Below are positions 37,473 to 49,879 of a stretch of DNA of 64,000 nt, in pieces. The DNA comes from Squalus acanthias (Eukaryota): contig CM059431.1 in the NCBI GenBank assembly GCA_030390025.1, forward strand, positions 121,708,001 through 121,772,000, written 5' to 3'. The translations under genes and the position numbers were made by a program. The notes below the pieces were generated by a model. It saw only the letters and a program-made list of their open reading frames with translations. It had not been told where the DNA came from and made no database searches. Positions within the stretch are counted from its first letter, which is position 1, and each line of letters begins with the position of its first letter.

Positions 37473-39814
37473 ATGGCAAGGGTTCTGCTCCTGCTCGCCC
37501 TGGTAGGGGTGAGCATTGGTGACCGAGGTGACATGGAGGACTCCCACATCTATGGGTGCTCATGAGAGAGAGCACCGGTCGTTACCGCAGGGGGTGGTGA
37601 GCGGGGAGTGGAGGAGCTCGCCATCTACTTCCACGAGGGAAGGTGGCCAGGGTGGCTGGGGTTCAACTCTACAAGATACTCCAGCCAGACCAGGTTCACG
37701 TACGGGGAGGCCTCCCTCCCATGCCCCAGAGTACAGGTCGTTGCCACGAGGGTCAGCGTCACCGAGGGGAAACGTGTGTGCCTTACCTGCAAGGGACGAA
37801 TTCCCCTGAACAGGTGGTGGTGGCTCAGGAAGCTAAGCAGGGACGCAGGGGACCATACAGCCGACTGGGAACGATTAGGGAACGACACCTACCGGACAAT
37901 CACAGCGACCCATGGGGGAGTGAGTGTGTGTTGGGATAAGTGGTGGGAGTCGGAACAGGGAGTCTATGTTTGTATGTGGGGGTCAGAGAAAGCCTGCCCC
38001 ACAGGCATATCCATCATCTTCTCCATACAATGGCAAGATGTCGGGGAGGGGATGGGGTGGGATTCTAGCCTACATGCATGCGCGCTCCCACACTCCCTGG
38101 TCCCAGTTAACGCCACCGAACCAGTAGCACGCCCCCGAATGCCCCTGCCCACGACCACAACCTCACAGACAGTAGTAGAGAGCGTCCTACCACCACCAAG
38201 GGACCAGAAAATGGGCTAGTACTAGTGCTGACCAAAAAGGTACTCTACCAGGGGGTACACTATGCAGTAGCTTCAGTTATATTAAACCTTACCGAGGTAC
38301 ACTTACCTAAATGGTGTCCTAAGGAGACAGAACAGCTATACCAGGCCCTGCTAAAAGAAATGTTGAGAAAATTCTATGAATTTGACTTTGCCAACATAGA
38401 CAAAGCAGAGCTGTACAAACTGCACGCAGAGCACACTATGGGCGCAGGGAGACAAAGAAGGGGAACCTGGAACGATATTTTCACTACCTACAATACAGGA
38501 TCCTCTGTAATAAATAGCCTAGATGACGTAGAGCTACAAACACAGATAAATGGTTTAAAAACCCAGTTAAGAAAGATCCTAAAGGGTGAGAACACAGTCG
38601 TAGGCTCAGAGCTACAGGAGGACCAAGCTATGACGGTCCATCTAAAAGAGATTATTGCTGAGCTAGAGAGACACGCTAAAACAGTAAATGCACTTATACG
38701 GGAGGACAGGAATGCTTCGGATCAGGCTGCACAGACTGAGGTGTGTGTGCTATATGGGGCATGGTTGCTGGGCGAGGGCCGCAGCAACCTGGAGGATTTA
38801 AAACAAGGTTTAGTCCCCTCCTGGATTAGCAACAAACACCTCGCAGCCCTCCACCCGTTCAGCAATTCACTGAGCCCGTGTCAGCTCTGCCTAGCCTCTG
38901 AAGCCTACCCAGTCCCAGTAGATTGTGGGCGTTCAAATCACACTATCATGGGGATAGTAGTGAGGATGCCGGTCATGGGTGGGACAGCCCATCCCGCACC
39001 GGTATACAGGGTGGAGAACATTGGGGTCATTCAAGGGGGTGCACACGTCCGTTTCGCAGCGGTCCCACCTTATGTCATAAAGTGGGAGCACGCTATGACA
39101 GGTACTGACCTCTCCGGGTGCTGGAGCCGGGGTTCACACATAATACTGTGTCCCCAGCACTTGAACACCTACTGTAGACCACAGTGCGGGTTTAAAGCTG
39201 CTGGCGCATGACCTATCAACTGTACCATGGAGGTAATGGCACAAGGCCATGTTCCCCCACAGGTAGCATTCATAGGGGGTGGGACATATTTTGTCACCAC
39301 AAGTACGCCCCACTACCAGCATGGACAGCATTTTTGGTGTCCGGTGAGTGACAGCAGTTTCTGCTTTAAACCCGAGGCAGAAGTTCAAGTGGCCCAGGAT
39401 CGGATTGTCCCCATTCCTGAACCCTCAACTGTTCACCTCACTGTAAGGGAAAACATTACCAACCTGCAAAACTATGTCACATTCTTCATCTATAAGATTC
39501 CTCCTCTACCCGAACACCTTACCGTCTTACTTAAAGCTGTACAGGTATCACAAAAGTATTTCTACACCCTAGAACAAAAGACACTCGAGATAGGGGCTGA
39601 GATTTCGGCCATCACGGTTCCACCCTGGTGGGACATTTTTGAAAATATAGAGGTTCCTTCCTGGATTAGGATGGCCTCCCACATCTTAGTGGCTTGCCAG
39701 CTCGGGATAGTCTTGTACTTGCTGTGTACAAAGTGTAAGGGGAAGGACAGAATGCTCCATTCCCGGCATGAGAAAGCCTGGGAAAAACATTACAATAAAG
39801 TTTACCAAGTATAA
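37473..39814 (+). pseudogene. env: Envelope glycoprotein (signal peptide, Ig-like domain, class I F-like fusogen, TM); 2 stops and 1 frameshift
   Basis: Splice acceptor 'ctgttttgtgtgtccctacag' ends 37459; 'MARVLLLLALVGVSIG'; furin site RQRR (38450-38461); heptads; Cys-rich region; TM 'HILVACQLGIVLYLLC'. Confidence 0.88.
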
Positions 39815-40098
39815 AAACAAGCCTGAATTGATTCTAAAAATAAAGAAGTTTTGTGATTGTGTGTTATTTTCTTTCTATGTATGTATTGTGGTTTTTTCCA
39901 AGTGGTGCATGGGTGTTGGACCCCCTCCGTGCTTGCTTGTGTATGTATTATTGTATCTTACCTGTATGTATTGGAACACTACACCAAAAAGGGGAATGTA
40001 TGTTTTTGGGTTTTAGTTTAGGTAATACAGGGAAAGGTTGGCTTTCGAGGATCAGGAATTTTGTCCACCCAGGACGATAATATAGTGAATTAAAGTAT

Positions 40099-40110
40099 CA
40101 AAGGGGGGAC
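40099..40110 (+). promoter_or_regulatory. Polypurine tract
   Basis: CAAAGGGGGGAC directly before the TGTA of the 3' LTR. Confidence 0.9.
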
Positions 40111-41735
40111 TGTAAGGTTTCCAAAATTTGCAGATCCCCAAAACCTAAGGAAAAAGGACTTTGGAACTACCTCAGAGTGATAAAAATGCATTTGGGCCTA
40201 ACCTAAGGAATTTAAGACCAAAAACCAAGTTTTGGCATTTTAAAACTATGTCTGGGCCTGTAAAGGGACAAGGAGGTGGGGTCGACCTCTGTAAAAGCAG
40301 TTTGGTTATTGCAGTTAATTGCACTGTCTGAGGAACCGGGATGACCTCACTCAAGCCCCAGCAGACATTAACATTTGAACAATAGACCCTGGGAGAAGAC
40401 AGTCCCACCCAAAATAACAGGCCCCATCAAAACCGATTACAGGGCCCATCAGAAACATACATATTAAAACCCACTCAGGACCATTCTATAGAAAGACCGA
40501 GTCCAGCCTAGAAACCCAAACACAAAATCAATCACCAGTGATCAACCAAGGAGATCGACAGGACGTAAGCCATCCCAAAAGCCATTTGACACTTACAGAG
40601 CGGTTACTGGTAACAGGCCCGCCAAAATCAGACAATGAACTGAGCAGATTTGGCGGGGAGATAAGGCCATGTTCAATGGGTGAGAGTGAAGGCCTGTTAA
40701 AAAACCAGTTAACAGGCTAGTAAATCCTTACCGGTTAACGAGCCCACCAAAACCAGACAATAAACTGAGTAGATTTGGCGGGTAGATAAGGCCACTTCAA
40801 TTCCGTATAATTGAAGGCCTGTTAAGCACTCAGGTAGTCATCAGAAGAAGAAGAAGCAAGGCAGAAGACAAGCCGAGCTGGAAGCGAGTCGGCATCGCTC
40901 ACCACTCAGACACACCTGAGTCCAGCTCGTGAAGCTACCACCTCGATGGACCTCCAACAACGGTCCCAACACAGTCACCCGGAGCAACAAGCAGCAACAA
41001 GTCACCAACGAGGTCGACCAACACACAAGACAAGGCCTAAAACCATCGCGGAAACCAAAGGCCCCAAGAAACCAACGACTGCATATTACCCCCAACTGAT
41101 CGGGTAATACCAGGCCACCGCGACCAACAAAGACCAACTCAAGGGAAGAAAAACCCGAAGAACCGCAAAGTTTCCACTCTGCAATCTACTCCTGACTTAC
41201 CCCTGGGTAAAATTTTCCCCAAAGACTCTAAACCCAACTGCTAAACCAAAGAAACTGGGTACTCAGCTGATAGATCCAAAATGACATCCTACCACATCAG
41301 CGGACTCGCGAAGACTGACCAGATACGCAGGTGAAGTCCTCTACCGCGTACGGGGTACGGCAGACACTAACCGCCATAAACAGCAAACCCCAAAACCGTG
41401 ATTTAGCCCAACTGTCAAAGGATTGGTGAGCATTATCCCTGGTCCTTCAAAACCTAACTTAGCTGGTAAAGTGGGGTTGGGAGGGGTGAAGTATTGTTCT
41501 ACTGTTATTTCCCTCGCTTGTACCGAAGTGTTCCCCACCTTTAGAGTATTAAGAGAGTTATTATTTGTGTCTTACCTTTTAATAAAGATTGAAGTTCTTT
41601 CATCAAACTCAGTTGTCAGCTGCACCTTTTGTCACAACCCCCAAATAAGTCCAAGATCTAGAACCAAGGGAGTGGGAGCGATTCGAACCGATCAGAAGTC
41701 AGAGGTGAAGCTGACACAAACCACCACCCCCTACA
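40111..41735 (+). repeat. 3' LTR (1625 bp)
   Basis: TG...CA; TATA-like TATAAT ~40806; AATAAA at 41581; direct repeat of the 5' LTR. Confidence 0.95.
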
Positions 41736-41739
41736 GGCT

Positions 41740-42260
41740 GCAGAATGCAAGCTTGAGAGACTCCACTGGTGACGATGTGAGGCTGAGAATAGAAGGCATT
41801 GGTAGAGATGCTCTGGCTACAATTGGATAGCTAAGAGTGGAACCAAAAGAGGGCAGTTCCACCAAGCTAGACATGAAGGAATCTTTGGAAGCGTTGGAAG
41901 AGTAGGTGGTGGTAGATATTGCCAAAACCTACAGTAAGATAAAAAATGGATAATGCATAACAGTCACCATCACAGAGAAGGCTGTTTGTGACTCTGATTA
42001 GGGTCATTTCAGTGCTGTGGCAGGGATGGAAATTTGATTGGAGGGATTAAAAAATGGAATTGCAGGAGTGATGAGCATGGATTTGTGAGGTGATAGCATA
42101 TTCAAGGTTCTTTGGAGAAGAAAGGGAGGTTGTAGATGGGGCGGTACTTGCAAGGACAGAGGGGTCGAGAGTGCTTTTTTGAGAAGTGGGTGATGAAAGC
42201 AACTTTGAAATGGAAGTGGGCAGTGCCAGCAGAGAGGAAACCATTTGCAATGCCTGAGAG
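41740..42260 (-). mobile_element. Old L2 LINE fragment
   Basis: Reverse complement resembles the RT region of the L2 at 49880-50250 (ctcgacccctctgtccttgcaa..ccgccccatct). Confidence 0.7.
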
Positions 42261-44974
42261 TGCTGAATTTATCCATATATGTTTACTGATGTGACCCTAT
42301 CTAAAAGGTAGCGCTTGATCTCCATTAGGCATGACAGCAGTGCCTACACTTCTAAAATAATTAACTGACTATGAAGCACTTTGGGATGTCCTGAGGTCAT
42401 GGAAGACACTATATAAATGCAAGTTATTCTACATTTTGCAGAAAACTATACTGGGGTCTTTAAATTTACACAAATGTAAAACAAGGAATCGACAATTTTA
42501 AAGGGACCTGAATCTGTGTTATCATTAGCCAAGTCTCTGCCCGTCTCGAATTTGTTTCATATTCATCCCTACCATGGTTACACACACCACTAGGAAGCTA
42601 GATTTTAAGTGAATTTCTTCCAGTTTGTCAATGAATAATAAGAAAACATATTTCTTCCCCTTGCTCCTTGTCAGCTGAGCTATGTCATATTGCCAATACA
42701 TTTATTTTTTGACAACTGTGTCCTACTTTGAAAGCTGATTGCTATAATGTGTTTAAATGCAATTCTTGCATAAGTGATGTTTCTTATGTTCTTAACCTGT
42801 CATTGAAATCTTGGCAAATCACCATAAAGCAGTTAATATCAGAGAATTGAGCTATTAGATGTAACCTATTTGAAGGTGACCACATAGCTATTAAAACGGC
42901 ACCTCCTTCAAACATGTTAGCAGCCACTGATAATGCTGGATTTAAATTTATAAAATGATTGCTCTTTGCAAAGTAGGACTTGTTTTTGACATTTCAGGGA
43001 ATGAATGCAAAGCATTAAGAAATGTATATAGAAATTATATCAGCCATAAGTAGCAATAAAAAAGGGTAAGAAAACCATTAGTACATAGCAGATGCACTGT
43101 AGGCAGGAGGCAGGGACTTGGTTAACTTTGGTGCATCACCAGAAAGAAAGCAGTACAACGTAGTGTAAAGCAATAGTATTACAGATGTAGTGTTATTTCT
43201 GTTATAATGCGACTTCTCTTTGGCTCCTTTTAAATAGAAGAAACATTATTTTTTTTTTAAATCATTTTTACAGTGCCTTAGCACATTTCTCAAAAAAAAA
43301 TTAACAAAGTACTTTGAAATGCAGTCATCATTTAGACAAGCAAAGCAGTCATTTGCATGGTGAGATCCCACATGAGATGAATGTTCAGCTTATCTGTTTT
43401 TTGGTAGTATTGGTTGAGAAAGGAATGTCAGTCCGGACCACCGGGCGAACTCTCTGCTCTTTTGACTAATGCCACAGGGTGTTTAACATCCATCCATAAC
43501 GCTATAATCTTGGTTTAATCTCCAAAGGACAGTGCCTCTGACAAAGCAGCGCTCCCTCACTTTTGCACTCGAGCATCAGTCTAGATTAAGTGCACAAGAT
43601 CTAGACTGAGGCTTGAACTTAGAATTCGCGGATTCAGAAGCAAGAATGATAGCAACTAAGTTAAGCTGACACTACATAAATAATGTGCTGGTGGATTTTA
43701 CTGCTGAAATTTTCTTCATTAGTACTTGGTCTACAATTGGTGATATTGGAAGCAGTATCAGATGTGGGAGGAGCTTTTTCATTCAATAGAATAAAAGATG
43801 GCCACTTGGGCCAACATTGTGCAACTACATAAAATGGGATCTGAGTAGACAACAACAGGCAAGAAGAAGTACTAGAAAGATAAAGTAACAGATGAAAGTA
43901 ACAGAGAGACAGGCAGAGAGAGACTCCCTTTGGAAAATTGGACATGTGCAGGAGAGGAAAAGCCATGGAAAGGACAGTGAGCATCTGGGAAGGAGGATTA
44001 CTGTCAGTTGACAGTGTCAGTAAGAAAGGATTTAGCATGTGCAGCAGGACTGCAAAGTAGTTTCATGAGCCCCATAAATGACTGAGAGGAAGGCACATGT
44101 GTGGTATAAATATTTTATCTTCTGATATGTCATCATACTCTGCTTGATAATACTGCAAATTTGCATATGAATTTGATATGCCAGAGCTGATTTATCCAGG
44201 TGCTACAAATCTTTCAGATATCAGCTCCTAGGTATCCAGGTATCCTAAGCATTTAATGGATGCCTATCAAACCTGAAAATTCAGTATGAAAATAAAGGCA
44301 TCTGGTCCTAAAAATAAACACCATCTATTTCCTCAGGCATCTGCTCGATCCAATGGGGTAACTTCAGGAGAAGATGTGCAGTAACCTCGAAATTTACACC
44401 AACATTTATGCCCATCTTCCCATTGGCAAGTTACACCAAAATTTCCTGAGAAGGACCAGAGTGCAAGAATAGGCAGAAATCAGGTAGAAATCAGAGTAAG
44501 CAATCTGGGCCCAAGGAAAGCACAGCCAGTCCATTAAAGCTATGAAAATTCAAGTTTGAAGCCATCATACCTTCATTTACGCACATTAGGCAATGCATTT
44601 TTTGGAAAATACAATTGTCGTAGTTTTTCCATTTTTAATGTAAGCAATTCTAATGCCACCAAAATGCATTCAAAGTGATAGAAAATGCAGTGCAGCTCTC
44701 AGTAAGTGAAAATATATATTTTTTAAACTAAGAAAAGTACTGTAAAAGTCCGTAAATGCTGACCATAGGCCCTACTGCACCTAATTCTTGTTGGCTTAAA
44801 TCTACACCAGGAAATCTGCGTTTAGACTGCTTTTGCATGGGGCATAATGACCTTCAAAGGGTTTCGACAGATGTTTTGAGGATGTGGTGCAAAAGGTCGA
44901 GGAAATTCGAGCATGGCACCTACACCCAAATTTCCTCAATCTTTTATGCCAGAAATCAGCATTATGCCATTACT

Positions 44975-45846
44975 TCGACATAGACAGGCTAAGTGAGTGG
45001 GCAAGAACATGGCAAATGGAATATAATGTGGAGAAATGTAAAGTTATCCACTTTCGTAGGAAAATAGAAAAGCAGAGTATTTTTAAATGGTGAGAGATTG
45101 GGAGTTGTTGGTGTTCAGAGGGACCTGGGTGTCCTTGTACACGAATTACTGAAAGTTAACATGCAGGTACAGCAAGCAATTAGGAAAGCAAATGGTATAT
45201 TGGCCTTTATTACAAGAGAATTTGAGTATAAAAGTAAAGACGTCTTACTGCAATTATATAGGGCCCTAATGAGACTGCACCTGGAGTATTGTGTACAGTT
45301 TTGGTCTCCTTACCTAAGGAAGGATATACTTGCCATAGAGGGAGTGCAACAAAGGTTCACCAGACTGATTCCTAGGATAGGAGTATTGTCCTATGTGGAG
45401 AGATTGAGTAGACTAGGCCTATATTCTCTAGAGTTTAGAAGAATGAGAGGTGATCTCATTGAAACATACAAAATTCTTACAGGGCATGAAAGGGTAGATG
45501 CAGGGAGGATGTTTCCCCTGGCTGGGGAGTCTAGAACCAGGGGTCACAGTCTCAGAATAAGGGGTCGGCCATTTAGGACTAAGATGAGGAGAAATTTCTT
45601 CACTCAGAGGGTGGTGAATCTTTGGAATTCTCTACCCCAGTGGACTGTGGAGGCTCAGTCGTTGAGCATATTCAAGACAGAGATCGATTGATTTTTGAAT
45701 ATTAAGGGAATCAAGGGTTATGGGGATAGTGCAGGAAAGTGGAGATGAGGTAGAAGATCAGCCATGATCTTATTGAATGGCGGAGCAGGCTCGAAGGGCC
45801 AAATGGCCTACTCCTGCTCCTATTTCTTATGTTCATATGTTATGTT
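44975..45846 (+). mobile_element. CR1 LINE 3' fragment
   Basis: ORF 45098-45691 'QRDLGVLV..LEYCVQFWSP..VVNLWNSLP'; (ttatgttc) tail. Confidence 0.92.
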
Positions 45847-48016
45847 CGGTGTAATTTAACAGGAAATTCCAAGTCACGATGTTTTTCGGAGTTGCGCCAA
45901 TCTTCCGCTGAAGTTATGAGAGCCGATCAGGACAGCTGCCGAGGAAATTCCCAGAGATTGTTTTTGTAAATATCTGTTGCCCTATATTTAAATTTTGGGG
46001 GACAGAGAAAAGCTAAGTTAAATTTATTGTGGCCTGACACTAATTTGGTTAGCTCACACACAGTAAGTAACAGTGAAGGAATCACTGTATCATAAGATAG
46101 AACAGGCATATAGCAGAATGTTATGATTTTTTTGCAGCATTTTTTTTAAAGTTACAAATATGATAATTTTGTTGCATATTTCTCTGATTGTTGTGTAGGT
46201 AACATTAATTTTAGCGATTTGGTCTGGCTCCCAAAATAAACTGACTATCCAAACTGTCTCTACCTTTCAAGCCTAATGTTTGACACAAAAACTACTGTAT
46301 CTTTAAAGTGGGCATTTTGGGCTTTGTGATGAAGCTTGAGCCTTATTCTATTTATCTTTCATTCACATTAGAAAGCATAACTTTGGAGACAAAGAGTACA
46401 GATCAAGAAGTTGTCAAAAATGTCACAGTCGACATAGGCCTGCGGATCTGCAGAAATTCTATTAAGGCCAGAAAAACAATTCCCAGCAACAAAACGATCT
46501 CTCATGTTAGAAATCCCTTGCTAAGCGAAACAATGAATAAAGAATTTCAATCGCGAGCAACACAGAGGCATGCCAATAAAACAATAATGATCATGCAACA
46601 GAAAGAATATCACATCAAAAATCACAGCCTGTGTTGTGCTGAGTTTTACAACTGACACTTGAAAAAAGCAGATCGGTGCCAAAGCTTATAGCTGCAGGTT
46701 ATAGTATGAATAAACAAAACGCAACAGAACTTTGTACTATTGACCTTGTGCTCGGAACATTTTTTTATAAGAGTTCTTTTTCACCGCCACTAAGCTTGAA
46801 TTGATGATGAAATTTTACTGACACTCATGAACAGCAACATAGCAATGGTGCAAGGAATGGAATGTCAGATATCTTGCGCTAAGATTTGCCAGACCAGAAG
46901 ACAAAGTTATTAATAACAGCTAATGGAAAATAAACTCCGAATTGTATAAAAAGATGTCTTTCATGTGGCAAACGCAATAGAGTTGTTTGTCTGTTAGAAA
47001 TTTGCAGTTAAATGTCTGAAAACAGAAAAGATAAATTCATGTTTCTCGAAACTCTGGATGCTAGTTCTAATGAAAGTCTTTATCTGATACATTAAACCAT
47101 TTTTTTCTCCTTTCAGATGCTGACAGACCCACTCTGTATTTCAAGCATTTTCTGTTTCTACTTCGAATTTCCAATGTTAATAATATTCTTTCTTTTTATC
47201 TCTCCAGTCAAATGTTACTTTAGGACCAGGGAACTACATATGATGAATAAAACTGGGCATGCTCATTTATCAAAACCAAAAGGTTTTCCAAGTTGAAATA
47301 TTTTTAAACAGTGCCTTTAGGTAGAAAATATGACAATTCAGAGGATTTGTGTGCACTTGAATCTGTGAAACAACAATAAATTCAGTGAATATTGAAGGAT
47401 ATGTGTCACTGAATTGACAACAATTTTCCACGTTTCCAGTAATATGCACAGATGACTTATCTACATTCTCCACAATTGAATGACAAATGTAATTCGTAGC
47501 TCACCATCACCTCGCAGGATTCTCAAGGTGACCTCTCTTTAAATACTGCCACAACTTCACTGCAAGTTTCCTTCAAGCTGTGTTTCAAAGCTTTCAATAT
47601 TCTGAAATATTAGCTCATTATAAGCTGGCTGTAAGCTATGTTTTAAAAAATGTTATTAATATTCTCAGTCCATTTTTATATAGCTCCCATTGTATCTGTC
47701 TTCCTATTTTCAACCATGTACCCTACCAAGGTCTCCAGAATTCTTGAGAATGCCACTTGTATTATGTGAAAAGAGGTGCACTCTCTGAGGCAGCATAGCC
47801 CCTGTGAATTGTTTAGCCAAGATAGGACTGTTCACTAATCATGTCACTCCATCTAGTGCTGTTCCTGATGTAACATGGTGACCGTCTGAGCAGCATAACA
47901 GAGAAAACCTGATAGGTCAAGGTTCAAAAAATAGATGGAGTCAGAAAAAGCAGTCATAAACACAGGCAGTACAAAGTCCTTTGTCCCCTGCCCAACAAAT
48001 GCCTACTACACTCATG

Positions 48017-48218
48017 TGAGAAGTCGCACAACACCAGGTTATAGTCCAACAGTTTTATTTGAAATCACAAGCTTTCGGAGCGCTGCTCCTTCGTCAGGTG
48101 AAGGAGCAGCGCTCCGAAAGCTTGTGATTTCAAATAAAACTGTTGGACTATAACCTGCTGTTGTGCGACTTCTCACATTTGTCCACCCCAGTCCAACACC
48201 GGCATCTCCACATCATGG
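48017..48218. mobile_element. Short Penelope-terminus insertion forming a long hairpin
   Basis: 79-bp inverted arms 48014-48092/48100-48178; TSD CTACTACACTCATG (48003-48016/48219-48232); hammerhead-type core. Confidence 0.82.
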
Positions 48219-49879
48219 CTACTACACTCATGACAGTGATCTATCTCATGCTAGTTTCACACTAGCACATCTCAGCTGAACGTACATTAGATGCTGGGAG
48301 TATTGCATAAACTTCTAAAGGACAGGCAAATATTTTTTTTATTATTTCCATGCAGCCTCCCTTGGCTAAACCTCCCAGCCTCTTCAGTGGATGGGACAAC
48401 AAGGTGCACCCATAGTAATGCAGGCTTTGGTCATTGGCAGGTTAACGAGGGAACTTCCTGCAAACCCAAACAATCTATTGTGGTCCGTAGTGGAAGTTCC
48501 CAGTGGGCACATCTCAACCCTTTTTCCGTGATGCATCTCACAGTGGATTTTGTGGCCTGTGTCTTGTGCTTACCCTTGACTAATGCCCACTTTGACAAAT
48601 ACTGCAGCAAGCTTACTGCAGTTGGAGGTTTGGAACTGGTAATCTATATAATTGAGCTAATGAAAGGCTTAAATATGCATTTAAAATGAGCTGATAATAA
48701 GATCCACCACCAATTCCTAATTTTTGTGACATCAGTCTCCAAATACATACATAAAAATGATAAACACAGATTTTTAATCTTCCTTTCTGCAACATTTGTC
48801 TCTGAAATTCTGCCAGGTGACCCAAAAGAACAATATGGATACCACCAGTTCAACTGCTAAGAAAATGCTGTTCCTTGCTGGTGCCAACAATGTTTGCCCA
48901 TCAAATAATACAGCTGAATGATTGTCATTCAGTCCCCACCAGTTAAGCCGCACATGTTTAAATCAGGTAATCGTTTAATCAGGCAATTAGCGCAAACCAA
49001 TTACCATTACTGTCAATTACAAAATGGCCGCTTAAAGTGTATTAAGCGCCCAAGCTGTTTCAAGCAGAATCAGGTGTTCATTAAGTAGTTTACATCTCAT
49101 TACAGTGTATGCAAAGTAAATTACATGACAATAACCAAACCAAGCAGTTGGTAGAGCAATTATATAAAATGGGGGTTGAGCAGACAGCAACAGGAAAGAA
49201 GAAGCACCAGAACAGATAATGAGGGATGAAAGTGATGGGTATAGCTGATCCAACTAGATTTTTATAATAGTCAATTTTATATCTTTGGTATTTGTTTGTC
49301 ATCTGCTACCTCTGTCAAGCTTCAGTGAAGTTCAGATCCCTCTGTTACTGCCTCTGCTGTTCTTATGCAGGCAATGATTGTGAGAGAAGAGAGTTACAGC
49401 AAATAAGCAATACAGATTAAAACAGAGTATGCCTTTTCTATGCAAAGTAGCAATAGCATTAAGCACAGGTTCGCTTGAAGGAACATTTTTTGGTCCCTTT
49501 CAAGGTTTTCAAGGTTCAACTACTGTCAGAACTTATTGATCAAGTAAACCGTCCAATGCATATAGCAGGCAAATCATGTTAGCACCAATGTGCCCACTAT
49601 AGGCGGTGGGGACTGGGACTGCAATATTATTGGTCAAACCTGTTGGATGTCATTAAGTTGTGCTGATAGTGTGAAGAATTACACACTTAGAAAACTTTGC
49701 ACTGCGGTTAATATTGCATAATATTACACGAGGCGTACCTTTAGACTGTGCAAAGGTGGAGTTAGAAAAGGAAGATGGTCACCCTTGTCATTCCTTACAG
49801 AAACACAGCTGGATCATAATATACAATTCGACCGTAAAAATTTAAATGTTGCTGGAAATCTTTAAAAAAATATATTTTT

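Larger units (their letters stand above)
24716..41735 (+). mobile_element. Full-length env-carrying LTR retroelement / endogenous retrovirus (lokiretrovirus-like)
   Basis: Paired LTRs, PBS, gag, PR-RT-RH-RH-IN, env and PPT in order. Flanks GGGT/GGCT are a 4-bp TSD with one mismatch. Confidence 0.93.

Noticed and set aside
47500..47620. Exon-like segment with AG/GT borders on the minus strand
   Set aside because: Stops in all frames; a non-coding exon cannot be supported from sequence alone.
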